From positions 53,258,001 to 53,322,000 of the forward strand of contig OZ076420.1 in assembly GCA_964187785.1 (NCBI GenBank): 64,000 nt of DNA, written 5' to 3'. This document shows, one piece after another, positions 50,479 to 61,587 of this stretch. The notes beneath the pieces were generated by a model that was not told where the DNA came from, searched no databases, and saw only the letters and a list, made by a program, of their open reading frames with translations. The number at the start of each line of letters is the position of its first letter. The stretch's first letter is position 1. The translations under genes and the position numbers were made by a program. Origin of the DNA: Amphiscolops sp. MND2022. Taxonomy: Eukaryota.

Positions 50479-53400
50479 TCGCCGGCCCTGTTTTCATCTC
50501 GAAAACACTCATAGAAGACTGGCGCCAACTTCACTGCGGGTCTTCGAAGGACTCCATCGCTCGTCCTGATCAATGCTGATCGAATGACGCCATCAGCTCC
50601 AGGGAACACCTCAGTCACTCGAGCCATCTTGTTCTCATGTCGTCGAACTGAGTCGTCAATCAGCCATACCAGATCTCCAACTTTCAGCACACGTTCGTCG
50701 TCAGTAGCCCATTTAGATCGCACATTCCACTTCGGAAGGTACTCTTTCGTCCATCTGTTCCAGATCATCTGATTGTATGCCTGAGCCACTTTGTACATTT
50801 TTCGACAGTCCACGTATCTGACCGAGTCTGGCATCAGCGGTTCTGCCAGCACAGTTCGTCCCAACAGAAAGTGATTCGGCGTCAGTGCTTCCAAATCTTC
50901 CGGATCGTCACTCACAGGCGACAATGGTCTGGCATTCAATGTTTGCTCAACCAAACACATTGTAGTTGTCAACACGGGCAAAGTCAGTCGTCGATTTCCA
51001 AGAATCGCGAACATAGCTTTCTTGCAGCTACGTACTAATCTCTCCCAAATTCCACCAAAATGCGGAGCTCCAGGGGGATTGAACTTCCAAATAACTCGTG
51101 AATTGGCCAGTCGCTTACACAGGGCATCACGATCCCATTCATTGAGGCACTCTCTAAATTCCCGAGCAGCTCCAACAAAGTTAGTTCCATTACCACTGAT
51201 GATTGTTTGGGGTTTGCCACGTCTAGCCATGAATCTAGTGATCGCCATCATGCATGCATCAGTGTCCAGGCCATTGACCACTTCTATGTGAACCGCTCTA
51301 GTGACCAAACATGTAAATAAACAACACCAGTGTTTCACTGGTCTACGCAGAACGGTAACTTCAAATGGGCCAAAGTAATCTACCCCAGTGTTCTTGAAAG
51401 GATATACATTACGCTCCACTCGTTCCTTTGGTAAATCAGCCATGTGGGGGTGAATCGGTCGCACTGCCTGCTTTCTGCATTTGACACACTTAGATTTGAT
51501 GCTGCGCAAAGCATTTCGTAGTCCAATAACCCAAAGTCGTTGTTGAACCAGGCTTCTCACATACTCTGTTCCCTCATGGTGGTTGTCTTCATGCATTTGT
51601 ATCAACACTAGAACCACTGCGGGATGCTTGGCTGAAAGTAGAATTGGATGTTTCAAATCATCACTAATTGTTGCTTTGCTCAATCGACCCTTCAACCGTA
51701 TTGTGTTGTCACTGTCAACAAATGGGGAAAGTTTTGCCAAGTCATGCTTCACTCTCTCTCCACTGTTGTCTTGAAGTTTACTGAATAATTCAGCAAAACT
51801 TTCGCGTTGAGCCATTTGCAAGATCAATAACTCGACCTTCTGTCTCTTCAATGCTGTCACAACGCCACGTTGTTTTGATCTAAGTCTAAGACAGTAAACA
51901 ACCGCGTTAATCATTCTCTTGTATTTACTGAACCTTGACCAATCTATGACGCTCTCCGTTGGATTAGTCACCAAAACAATGTCGTTTTCATCCATCAGCT
52001 TCGCTTGCTCTGGCCAGCTTCCTGGGTTCTGTCTAAGCCAGGCCGGCCCATTTAGCCATTCGCTTTCAAGCAACTGGGACACCGTGACCCCTCTTGTGCC
52101 AATGTCTGCGGGGTTCAATGTGCCCTTCACATGCCTCCATTCGTCCACAGTAGACTGATCCAATATTTCTCCGACTCGGTTGGCCACGAACACTTGCTGT
52201 CTTTTATGTGCAGAGTGTAGCCATTGGAGAACCGTCATAGAGTCTGTCCAGTGTGTAACTGTCTGGATCTGGATGTCGTGGTCTGCTGAGATCAACTGCC
52301 TCAGTCTCACAGAGTAGAGCGCTGCCTGCAACTCCAACTTCGGGATCGTCTGCTGCTTCATTGGGGCTATCCTGCACTTCCCAATGACGAATGACAATTC
52401 CACTCCATCATCATCTTCTGCTCGCAGGTAAGCCACTATACACATTGATTCCAGAGAAGCATCTGAGAAAATATGCAAATCCATTTTCTTGTAACGTTTG
52501 TCAAAATATCGTCTTTCCAAGGGCATGTTTTTCAACTCCGCTAGTTCTTTCACCCAATCCAGGAACTGCTGTGCGTCTTCTTTCTCAATTTTGTCATCCC
52601 ACTGTTGTCCACTCTTAGCCCAAATCGTTTTCAGTAGGATGCGCATTCTCATTGTGAATGGTGCAAAGAGTCCCAACGGGTCAAACACTGATGCCACGAA
52701 GGAAAGCACTGCCCGCTGTGTTATCTTGATGGGTACTTCCTTGTCAGCACCACGACACACTTCCAGAGTGTCATTGTCCACATTCCATTGCATGCCCAGA
52801 AGCGATGAAGTGTGAGGCTCTGCTTCAAATGTTTTGCCTTTTGCCTCCGATCTATCCTGCTCAGGAATACTTCTCGTGACCACATCGTTGTTGCAAATCC
52901 ACTTCAGCAAATTAAACTCTCCCTTTCGAAGAGTTGTCCTCACATCTTGATAGACATGCACAGCTTCTTCCACTGTGGCCACAGATTTGGCAAAGTCATC
53001 CATATAGAAGTTTCTTTTGATGGCCTTTGCGGCTATCGGGTGACTCTCTCTGTTGTCCACGCCCGCTTGGAGAAGAGCATAATTAGCACACGTCGGACTA
53101 CTTTTGGCACCAAAGACGTGCCTTGTATACTCGTAGACGCCGATCTTGTCTTCAGTGTTGCTTCTCCACAAGAATCGTGGCACTCGGCACTCTTGTGGTG
53201 GCACTTTCACTTGCAGAAACAGTGCTTCTATGTCCGCACTCAAGGCAATTTGATGTTCTCTGAATCTGAAAATGATTCCCACTAGACTTTGTAGCAAGTC
53301 AGGACCTGCCAGGAGCATGTCATTCAGCGACTCTCCCTTGTATTTAGCTGCTGCGTTGCATACGCGTCTGACCTTTTCGGGTTTGTGGGGGTTTATAACT

Positions 53401-54530
53401 GGATGATGCGGCACATACCACTGTCTTTCGTCTTTGGTTTCATCCAGCTCCTTTTCGTCTAGCTTACGAACATAGCCATTCTGCAAGTCCACATTAATAG
53501 TCTCTTCATAACGTTGCTTGAGAGGCTCGTCTTTCTCGAGTCTTCTTTCCAATGAACAGAACTGCGAATGTGCCAAGAAGTAGTTGTTTTCAATAGTCGC
53601 CTTGTCTTCTGCCCACGGTAGTCCAACTTCGTAGCGACCATCAACAAGTCTTGTTGTCTTCTCTAGTTGCTCAAGAGCTCTTTTGTCTTCTCTTGAACGT
53701 CCACTGACATTCACTCGTGTAGCGTATGACTCCATGCTGAACCAGGACTTCAATTGCCTTCCCAGCTCGTCTTCACATACAACATAGCTCGTCGCTGCTA
53801 CCTGCGCCACTTCATGTTTTGGTAGTGGGCCACTTAACGTCCATCCAAGTTTTGTTTTGACAGCCCAGGGTTCATTCCGTTTGCCTTTCCTATACTCAAC
53901 AGGGAAAAGCAAATGATAATTGTCTTGCCCCAGGACCACGTTGACTTTCTTCAGATCCATACTGTTATCGGGCAAAACATCTAAATGGCTGTACTTTCTT
54001 TCCAAGTTGTTATAGTCATAACACTTGTTCCCAAGGTTCATTGAGGGGTGAACGTGGAACATCACCAACTCCGACACATTCGGAGTTGTGACCTTGATTC
54101 TCACTTTCTCGCTGGCCATCTCTTTTGTTCCGTTAATGCCAGCAATGTTCAGTGTCAGGGCCTCTCCTTGGACATCCAACTGGTCTCTGATGTCCTTGTC
54201 TACAAATGAGAGCGTCAACCCAGTGTCACAAATGGCCATCGTTTCAATTGATGTGTTCCCATTCGAGAGCGTGATTGGAACAATTTGCAAACTCCCAGTA
54301 CACGCGTTTGCTGTCATCACTGCATCGGCATTGGTTGTCTCATTGCTCCTACTGTTTTCCTTTTGACACTTAGGTTTGTTGTCGTCACCGTGCAAGAGTC
54401 TGTTATGCTGCTTGCTACATCCATCTTTGCCACACGTTCGATTGGCTTTACACTGACCAATCCTGTGACCAGAGCCCAGACAAGAAAAGCACAAATTGCA
54501 TTTCTTGACGGCATCGTGTCTTTCGGACAA
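50460..54530 (-). CDS. BEL/Pao polyprotein, C-terminal 1356 aa (zinc knuckles, protease, RT, RNase H, integrase)
   Basis: CFSCLGSGH...C, ICDTG, LAGPDLL, SADIEALFLQV, FYMDD, HIFSDAS, IPKLELQAA, GVDYFGP, GGIWERLV, LTPNHFLLG. The listed start is a frameshift artefact. Confidence 0.92.
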   Translation of the reverse strand: MSERHDAVKKCNLCFSCLGSGHRIGQCKANRTCGKDGCSKQHNRLLHGDDNKPKCQKENSRSNETTNADAVMTANACTGSLQIVPITLSNGNTSIETMAICDTGLTLSFVDKDIRDQLDVQGEALTLNIAGINGTKEMASEKVRIKVTTPNVSELVMFHVHPSMNLGNKCYDYNNLERKYSHLDVLPDNSMDLKKVNVVLGQDNYHLLFPVEYRKGKRNEPWAVKTKLGWTLSGPLPKHEVAQVAATSYVVCEDELGRQLKSWFSMESYATRVNVSGRSREDKRALEQLEKTTRLVDGRYEVGLPWAEDKATIENNYFLAHSQFCSLERRLEKDEPLKQRYEETINVDLQNGYVRKLDEKELDETKDERQWYVPHHPVINPHKPEKVRRVCNAAAKYKGESLNDMLLAGPDLLQSLVGIIFRFREHQIALSADIEALFLQVKVPPQECRVPRFLWRSNTEDKIGVYEYTRHVFGAKSSPTCANYALLQAGVDNRESHPIAAKAIKRNFYMDDFAKSVATVEEAVHVYQDVRTTLRKGEFNLLKWICNNDVVTRSIPEQDRSEAKGKTFEAEPHTSSLLGMQWNVDNDTLEVCRGADKEVPIKITQRAVLSFVASVFDPLGLFAPFTMRMRILLKTIWAKSGQQWDDKIEKEDAQQFLDWVKELAELKNMPLERRYFDKRYKKMDLHIFSDASLESMCIVAYLRAEDDDGVELSFVIGKCRIAPMKQQTIPKLELQAALYSVRLRQLISADHDIQIQTVTHWTDSMTVLQWLHSAHKRQQVFVANRVGEILDQSTVDEWRHVKGTLNPADIGTRGVTVSQLLESEWLNGPAWLRQNPGSWPEQAKLMDENDIVLVTNPTESVIDWSRFSKYKRMINAVVYCLRLRSKQRGVVTALKRQKVELLILQMAQRESFAELFSKLQDNSGERVKHDLAKLSPFVDSDNTIRLKGRLSKATISDDLKHPILLSAKHPAVVLVLIQMHEDNHHEGTEYVRSLVQQRLWVIGLRNALRSIKSKCVKCRKQAVRPIHPHMADLPKERVERNVYPFKNTGVDYFGPFEVTVLRRPVKHWCCLFTCLVTRAVHIEVVNGLDTDACMMAITRFMARRGKPQTIISGNGTNFVGAAREFRECLNEWDRDALCKRLANSRVIWKFNPPGAPHFGGIWERLVRSCKKAMFAILGNRRLTLPVLTTTMCLVEQTLNARPLSPVSDDPEDLEALTPNHFLLGRTVLAEPLMPDSVRYVDCRKMYKVAQAYNQMIWNRWTKEYLPKWNVRSKWATDDERVLKVGDLVWLIDDSVRRHENKMARVTEVFPGADGVIRSALIRTSDGVLRRPAVKLAPVFYECFRDENRAGDVGAKH

Positions 54531-54549
54531 CTTTATCTTCTTGAATGCA

Positions 54550-56931
54550 TCACTGCCAAAATTTGTGTTCTCCGTCTTTCAGAGGGCACTGCGTCTTCGT
54601 TGGTGAGCCAGAATCACTTGTTGCTGCAAAGCTCGTGTTCTTCGTCTTGTCTTTTGTGAAGTTTGACTTCGCTTTGTCAGCACTAGAGTCAAATTGCAAG
54701 CGTATGTTCTCTTGTACTTGCGCAATGTTCTTGAGCCATGCACTGAAGACTCGCATATTCTTGTAGCTCCTGTCGCAACGTTGCAAATACGTCATCCACT
54801 TGTTTTTGAGCTCATTTGGCAACTTTCTGACGGCGCTGTTTAGCACTGATTCCGAGGAAATGTCGCTTTCATATCCAAATTGGGTGAGCACATTGACACA
54901 TCCAGACACCACTTGAGAATACTTCACAATTTCTAAAGAATCATGCGGTTTGATGAATGGATAAGCATGAATCGTTCTCAGTTGCGCATATACAACCAAC
55001 TCAGGTCGCCCAAAATCATGTGTCAGAGTCTGCCAAGCAACATGGTACATTTGTCCAGAGTAGCCCATGCCTTCAATAGCTGCTTTAGCTTTCCCAGTTA
55101 CCAATGTTTTGAGATAGTTCATCTTTACACTGTCGGCCACTCCAGCTTGATCAACAGTGGCCAAGAACTGACCGGACCATTCTGGCCATTCCAATGGGTC
55201 TCCAGAGAACTTGTCCAGAACCATTTTTGGCAACTTCATCGGCACTGACACTGACGGCAAAGCGGTCGGCGTTGGGGTTGGCTGCATCGTTGATCCAAGC
55301 ACATGGTTTGGCGCTGCGGCTTTGGCAACACCAACAGATTTATTACTAGGCACAAACACAGTTGAATCGAACTTCAGCTCCCTCTTTGGCTTGACATTGG
55401 TAGTTGTCCAGGGTGCATTTTGCATCAATGACTGTTGCAGTTTAGCATCAGCCTGCCTCGATGAGCATGGCCTTTCACTGTTGCAGGCCGCCTGAGGTTC
55501 ATCCTCGACCTTTGTCTCCGCCTGAGGGCCAAATTTATTCTTTGGAGAATTGACCCATGTACTCGTTTTGACATTCTGAGAGCGAAACGATCCACTGATG
55601 GTAGACCCGCTACCCCTTAAAGATGCTTGATCCATAATTTCTATTTTCTTCAGCTTCAGGGACAATTTCTTATCTCGTTTCAGCTCTCCAAGCTCCATAG
55701 CCTCTTTTTGGGCTTCAAGTTCCATTTCCATTACCATTTTTCTCTGCTTGCGTCGCAGTTCCAACTCTTGCTCCTTTCTTTCAATCTTAGCTCGAGATTC
55801 ATCTTCGGCGATTTCAGCTTCCAACTGCAAACGTCGTCTAGAAGACCGTGACGATGCGGTCGAACCTTGGGCGACATTTAAGGCCCCAAGAACATCCGCG
55901 GGGACTTCTCCTCTAAAAGGGTGTTTCTGAGGTGAGACCACGCTTACGCCAGTAGCATTCGAATTTCCATCTGGAGGTATTTGAGGCGCTTTCACCTCTT
56001 CCTGAGTGCTAGCAGAAGCAACATTACCTTCCACGTTGTTCTGGTTCTCTACTTGCTTCCCATCTTCAGTCTCACTTGTCTCATTATTTGTCATCATTAG
56101 TGATGTTTCAGTAGTTTCGACGGGGTCTTGAACATTGTTTGAAAGGGCACCTCCCTTTTCTATACCCTCCAAATATTTCAGCCATTTCTGGGTTGCTGAC
56201 AGCCAACTGACTTCATACCCCTCGTATAGGTTTTGGCGTTGTATTGCTCCCGACTCATTTAAAAGGCTCTTTTGGTATCGACAAACATCCTTGGCTTCTT
56301 CCATGGTGTTGAGAAACCCAAGTGTTGACGTCCGTATTTTTGCAGACCGACCTCCATTTTCAATTTGGTCTTCTATTTGCGAAGTTGTCTTCTTCAGTTC
56401 AACGATGTGTTGATTAAATTTTTCTTCATGTTTACAATAGGTTACGCAAGAAGACTTCTGCTTTAGGTGCGTATAAACTGAGCCAAGCCAAAACAACCCA
56501 GTGTTCGTTGTGGTCCATTTTTTCGAGGCGTCGTCTAGTAGCACATACACGGCTGACTGCAAACGTCGTTGTTCATCTACGGCTTTGGACTTCAGCATCT
56601 CGTTGCCAACTTGGTGCAAATCCGTCAATCTAGCCCTCAGATCGTGATACTCATGGTACAATTTTCCCAATTCACTGAGTTTTCCTTCTTCCAGCCATTT
56701 TGTTCCCTTTTCGAATTGTTTCACAACGACATTCAAATCCAAAATTGTTTTTTGTAAAGCTTCTGCATGATTTCTCCATTTGACAAGATCCGTCGATTTT
56801 CGTAGGTCTTTGGAGCGCTTGGTATCCGTGTACCATGAAACATCAAAGTCGATCTGAGTCTGAGTACTCATCGTCCTGACGTCCTCGTAACACGAAGTCC
56901 AATGAGTGTGGAAGATATGTGGCAGACGCAA
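54550..56931 (-). CDS. BEL/Pao gag region, 793 aa
   Basis: KLPKMVLDKFSGDPLEWPEW...KMNYLKTLVTGKAK...AWQTL (Pao gag-type domain); separated from pol by one frameshift. Confidence 0.9.
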   Translation of the reverse strand: MRLPHIFHTHWTSCYEDVRTMSTQTQIDFDVSWYTDTKRSKDLRKSTDLVKWRNHAEALQKTILDLNVVVKQFEKGTKWLEEGKLSELGKLYHEYHDLRARLTDLHQVGNEMLKSKAVDEQRRLQSAVYVLLDDASKKWTTTNTGLFWLGSVYTHLKQKSSCVTYCKHEEKFNQHIVELKKTTSQIEDQIENGGRSAKIRTSTLGFLNTMEEAKDVCRYQKSLLNESGAIQRQNLYEGYEVSWLSATQKWLKYLEGIEKGGALSNNVQDPVETTETSLMMTNNETSETEDGKQVENQNNVEGNVASASTQEEVKAPQIPPDGNSNATGVSVVSPQKHPFRGEVPADVLGALNVAQGSTASSRSSRRRLQLEAEIAEDESRAKIERKEQELELRRKQRKMVMEMELEAQKEAMELGELKRDKKLSLKLKKIEIMDQASLRGSGSTISGSFRSQNVKTSTWVNSPKNKFGPQAETKVEDEPQAACNSERPCSSRQADAKLQQSLMQNAPWTTTNVKPKRELKFDSTVFVPSNKSVGVAKAAAPNHVLGSTMQPTPTPTALPSVSVPMKLPKMVLDKFSGDPLEWPEWSGQFLATVDQAGVADSVKMNYLKTLVTGKAKAAIEGMGYSGQMYHVAWQTLTHDFGRPELVVYAQLRTIHAYPFIKPHDSLEIVKYSQVVSGCVNVLTQFGYESDISSESVLNSAVRKLPNELKNKWMTYLQRCDRSYKNMRVFSAWLKNIAQVQENIRLQFDSSADKAKSNFTKDKTKNTSFAATSDSGSPTKTQCPLKDGEHKFWQ

Positions 56932-57054
56932 ACGTCCAAACTACCACGATGATGAAGATATGTGGCAGACGCAAACGTCCAAACTACCACAGTATCGGTT
57001 CAAAGTTGTAACTCGTCTTCAACTTCCAGACAGCGTCCGGGTCGGCGGACCAAA

Positions 57055-58463
57055 TGTAACGGCTGACTTAAAACTTAACAACGGATTCAAGCTTGTGCCG
57101 GTCCTTGGTCCGTCCTGCTTTCCACTAGTACAGCAGGATTCTAGAATTTGAAAGGACTGTATATTCCAATTGGTCTGAAATAGCTCCACTAGCTAGCTAT
57201 TCCTAACATTGAGAATTTCAATCTCCAAATCCTCTTCGAACAAGACAATCTTGGTGAAAATAGTCCCAGCTATGACTAGATTCTGTCTTCAGCGCTCGAC
57301 TGTGGAGAATTGAGCGATTTAAATCTCAAGTTATTAATCAACTGTTCACTAGCGTAATTCAGAATTCGACTAACTAACTATTAAAACACATTGTTTGCAT
57401 AACAAACAATAACATCATTCGCATTTCTAAAGTTACAAAGCGTGAATAAAAGGTGCGATTAGGGCGTTTATGACCACCAGTCACATGGGGGAACTATGTT
57501 TGAGGACTGTGATGTTCAATTTATGATTATTGAACTTTTCAACAGATGAATGGAAAATCATCAAAATTGAGCATAGTTTCAAGATATAAATCATTAAGTA
57601 TTTATCAAAAATATTATTAAGATGCTTCAGAGGGATATATGGCACCAAATTTTGAAAAACTTAAACTGAAGCACGCGCAATATGTGGGTGGAGTCAATCT
57701 TGACATTTATAAGGCATCGGAAGTCAAATCAGGCGATGTATTACATCAAATTTGACTACAAAACACATGAAATCTTTACATTTTTGCCAAGCTCAGATAT
57801 AAACCAAAGTGAAACTATCAGGTGAATGAACCATGAATAACCTTTACAGTCTACTGAACTGAATTTATCAATAAAGTAAGAAGGAGGATGAAAAAACAGC
57901 ACTTGATATAGAAATTATTGTTAAAATATGAGAATTATGCTATTTTTGTGGCTAAATAACGATTATTTCGCAACACTACAAATATCGTGTTGTGAATCAA
58001 AACATTCCAAAACACACGTTAGGAGATATAAAGCATGTATAAAGCACTTTAGTAATAACATCGATTATAGGTATCACCAAAAAGTTACAATTATCTGTGT
58101 GTTAGAGTTTAAGCTGAGGAGCGGTGCCGTAGGGCCACAAAAAATAATTTTTCGTCTGGGATTTGGCTGAAACTTGGTGGGTTGATAGTCCAGCCAAAAT
58201 GATTCGGCGACACTACAAAACTAGATCGCTAATCTCTACGTGACCTTGAGAATTACTGTTTCAAGGCTTACATAGGTCTAAGGGCCACATGGGTAATTTG
58301 ACAGGTAAAATTACAAGTCTTCAACACATACCCATGGATCTTATTAGCAGCACTGATAGGGGTCTCTTAGGGCTCAATAATAGCAGTAATGACCAATTTT
58401 TTGAATAACTAAGAAGGTGAAAATTTTTCAAGTTTGGTGATTTTTCAGTGTTTGGCGCCAACA
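57055..58463 (-). repeat. 5' LTR of the BEL/Pao element
   Basis: Adjacent to the PBS at 57037-57052. Confidence 0.95.
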
Positions 58464-58499
58464 CACGCTGTTGAATATGAAAGGGTATAGAAAATTGAG

Positions 58500-60850
58500 G
58501 TAACACTAATGACGAAAACAACATCTAACAAAATTGGCAAAAACAACGGGAACAAAAAAGAAGCTTTGTGGGCGACATGGAAGGAGCAACTGCATAAAAG
58601 ACGGTGACCAGTGTGTTATACCTGCCGATAGCGATGGTTTTTTAGGACGACCATTGCTGATAAACTTTCAACAATTAACACTGCGAAAAAAACTGAACCG
58701 ACTAAAAGAATTGCAAGGAATGTTTTGAATAGCCGAAGATTGAAACAATGGACAGATAAAAATTTGTGAGTCGTAAGCAGAAAGAAGGAGAAACACTCCG
58801 CCAATTCGAGAACGAGTTGAATGGGCTGGACGAAAAGTGCAATTTCGGCTCAATTACGGAAAGTCTCGTGAAAGATTTCTTGTCGTGAACATGGTGAAAA
58901 TTGCGGTGCAGCAGAAATTCTGTACCGAACTTGTATGAACGGTACAAGCGAACCTTCATTTCGCCAAAACAGATAAAAGTTTTTATACAACCAGTGGTGA
59001 TCATAGTGAAGAGTGATAAAAGCGTGAAAATCAGATAGGCACTCGATCACAAAATAATGAATTAGTGAAAGATCAATATCAAATGCCAAGTGTAGGAATT
59101 TTGGCTGAATTGGTAGCGAAGCAACAACTTGATAATCAAGAAGAAGGACCGGTATTGTTTACGTCAAAAGACATGGGCTATGCGTACGGACAAGAGCCTC
59201 TTGATAAGGAAACAGTACCTCTTGATACGTGAAAAAACCAGCGAAGTTATAAATTTACGGGCTTTTATGGATAAACAATCTAGCCCTCCGAATTTCAAAA
59301 AGCAATGGATCAAGAATCGACGAATATATTGAATACATATATATTTCTAGAAGATATGTCGATAGTGACCAACGGAACACTAGAAAACCACTGCAATGCG
59401 GTAAAAGTCGTTTTTGGAAAAATTGAATCAAGCAAACGTGAGACTCAAGTGGGAAAGTGTAACTTGGCTGAGAAAGTGATCGAGGTGCTCGGGTATATAT
59501 TGACCAAAACGGGAATAAGTCCAATAAATTCCAAAACACTAGCTGTAACCGATAAACTAAACCTAAACGTTCAAAAGAGTTGGGGTCATACCTCGGGGTA
59601 GTGAATCAACTGAACCGTTTTGTACACAACCTAATTCAACTGTGCTACAATGTTTGATCACTTTTAGATGATAGGCAGCCATGGAAATTGGACAAGCGCG
59701 TGACAAAGCTTTCGAAGATATCAATAGACAAGTAGAAGCGATCAACTCTATGAGACACGTGATCAAACAGAAAGCAAGAAGACCGCCAAGATGGGCCCAA
59801 GCAATTCAACAAATTCAATGGCAGGTACTAAATTTTCCATGAAACACGAAGCAAAATTTAGAATTGCAAAGCAAGATGGCAAAGAGTTGTTGCAGCTACA
59901 AAGATTAGATGAAGAAGTTATCGGCAAACTTCAAAGATGATAAACAGGTACAAAAGATTATACTATTCGTCGAAATTTCTACGAAAAGCAAACTTTGAGC
60001 ATTTGATTGCTGTGTTTGCCTGAATGATTTTTCACGATATCGTTAGATCAGATTGATATACCAGATGTGGACGATCGTCAAACAATCCCAAAAAATTCTT
60101 CCAGGGGTTTTTCAAGGCTCAATTTATAGCTAATTACATTGCGGCACCCAGGAAGAGATCAAAAGTCCAGACAAAAAAGGGGAAATTGGTGGCAAAAAAC
60201 TCCTAGAGATGTTACTCAGCGTACAAAAAAACTCGCAAAAAATGCCAGAACGCCTGTAAGTCAGTTGAACCACTGCTTAGGCAAAATCCGTTTGGTAAAA
60301 GCCTAGCCCTAAATAATGTGAACAATTAAACAGCAATAGATTTGGCAGGACCGTTCGAAACTGCGAGGATGTCAAAAACATTTTGATTGTATCTGCAGAC
60401 AGTAGAACTGCATGACCAGAAGCGAAACTTTGAAGGGCTTCAACAACGGCAAGGTTGATAGATGTTTTACACAGATTTATAGCAATAAAGAGAATATAAC
60501 AAATTCAGTGACCTGGGTTCGACGTTTATTAGTTAAAATATTAACAGTTTTACGAGTAGTGTTTTCTTCAGCATATAACATGCCCAATAAAAAGTCACCT
60601 CGGAAACGGTAAAGTTGAAAGGCTAAAAAGGACAGTGACTGAAAGACTGAGCCAATAAATGAATTGGCTAGAAAGTGATAACACAGGATTTTCAGAACTA
60701 CTAGACGCACAAGAAGCGCGTCACAAAATAATAAACCCTCAGTAGCAGAAACTAGGATTAACACTAACTACAGCAAAAGATATAGAAACGACAAAAATGA
60801 GAAAAAACATCGACTACAACTTCGAACTGGAAATTAGTGAGCTTCCGGGA
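58500..60850 (+). mobile_element. Highly degraded Gypsy remnant related to element C; no LTRs recognised
   Basis: EKCNFGSITESLVKDFLVVNM (gag, about 58830), FIQPVVIIVKSDKSVK and DQYQMP (RT, about 58980-59090), IDLAGPF (IN, about 60340). Boundaries approximate. Confidence 0.8.
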
Positions 60851-60892
60851 CATCAGGATTCAGAAATTTCTGGTAGCAGATACATATGTATC

Positions 60893-61322
60893 CCCTTATG
60901 TATTTGGGAGTACAGCTCCGCTGCTTGAGCTTTTATCATTTTTGAGAATGGAATGTAGAGGAAGCAGCATCAATTGTCACGCTGCCAACAAAGCCGTTAC
61001 CGAAATTTGTTTTATTTCAGAATCCAATTTAAAGTCCTTTTTTTCTGCTTGGACAGTCAGTGCTTCTATCCCCAAATCCTCAATTGTTTCTATCACCAAA
61101 TGAAAACGGACGCGAACGTGGACGATCATTGGGTAACTTCTGATTGAACCAGATGAGGATTTCATTGAAGAGAGCTCTGGCCTGGTACCGTCACAACTTT
61201 CAAATGCAAAACTTCCAATGAAAATTTTTCCTACAGCATTTCATCCACGATGCTCAACAACGGAAGCAATGGACTCAATATTTCCCAAAACGATAAATTT
61301 TCCATTCGTCGAACATGATTTT
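60893..61322. repeat. Unclassified dispersed repeat, copy 2
   Basis: Close match to 48550-48980. Confidence 0.85.
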
Positions 61323-61587
61323 ATATATTGCTATACCTGTATAATATATATAGAGAGAGAGGAGGGAGAGAGAGAGAGTGCTCGAGGGAGTAAATAGAAG
61401 CATATAAACGGAAGAAAGGAAGAGTCATGAACGAAACGACACACACTGTGACAATGAGAGGGCACAGTAAGCAGTACGCATCTACCTACAGCAAAAAGAG
61501 ATAGTACATACCAAAAGTGTTGATGATCAACACCATGACCAATCAAATTCAAAGAAAGAAGCGGAACCGCTTTTCTGGGGGAAGAAT

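Larger units (their letters stand above)
49070..58463 (-). mobile_element. BEL/Pao LTR retrotransposon, near intact
   Basis: 1409-bp TG...CA LTRs, TSD CACGT/CACGC, PBS TGGTCCGCCGACCCGG after a TT spacer, gag and pol ORFs. Confidence 0.97.

Noticed and set aside
949-60764. Many 60-190-aa ORFs on the strand opposite gag, pol and LINE frames
   Set aside because: They are antisense shadows of TE coding sequence, rich in Phe, Leu, Ser and Val, with no domain motifs.
61330-61535. TG-starting segment with a GA microsatellite as a possible solo LTR
   Set aside because: No matching TSD and no second copy in the window.
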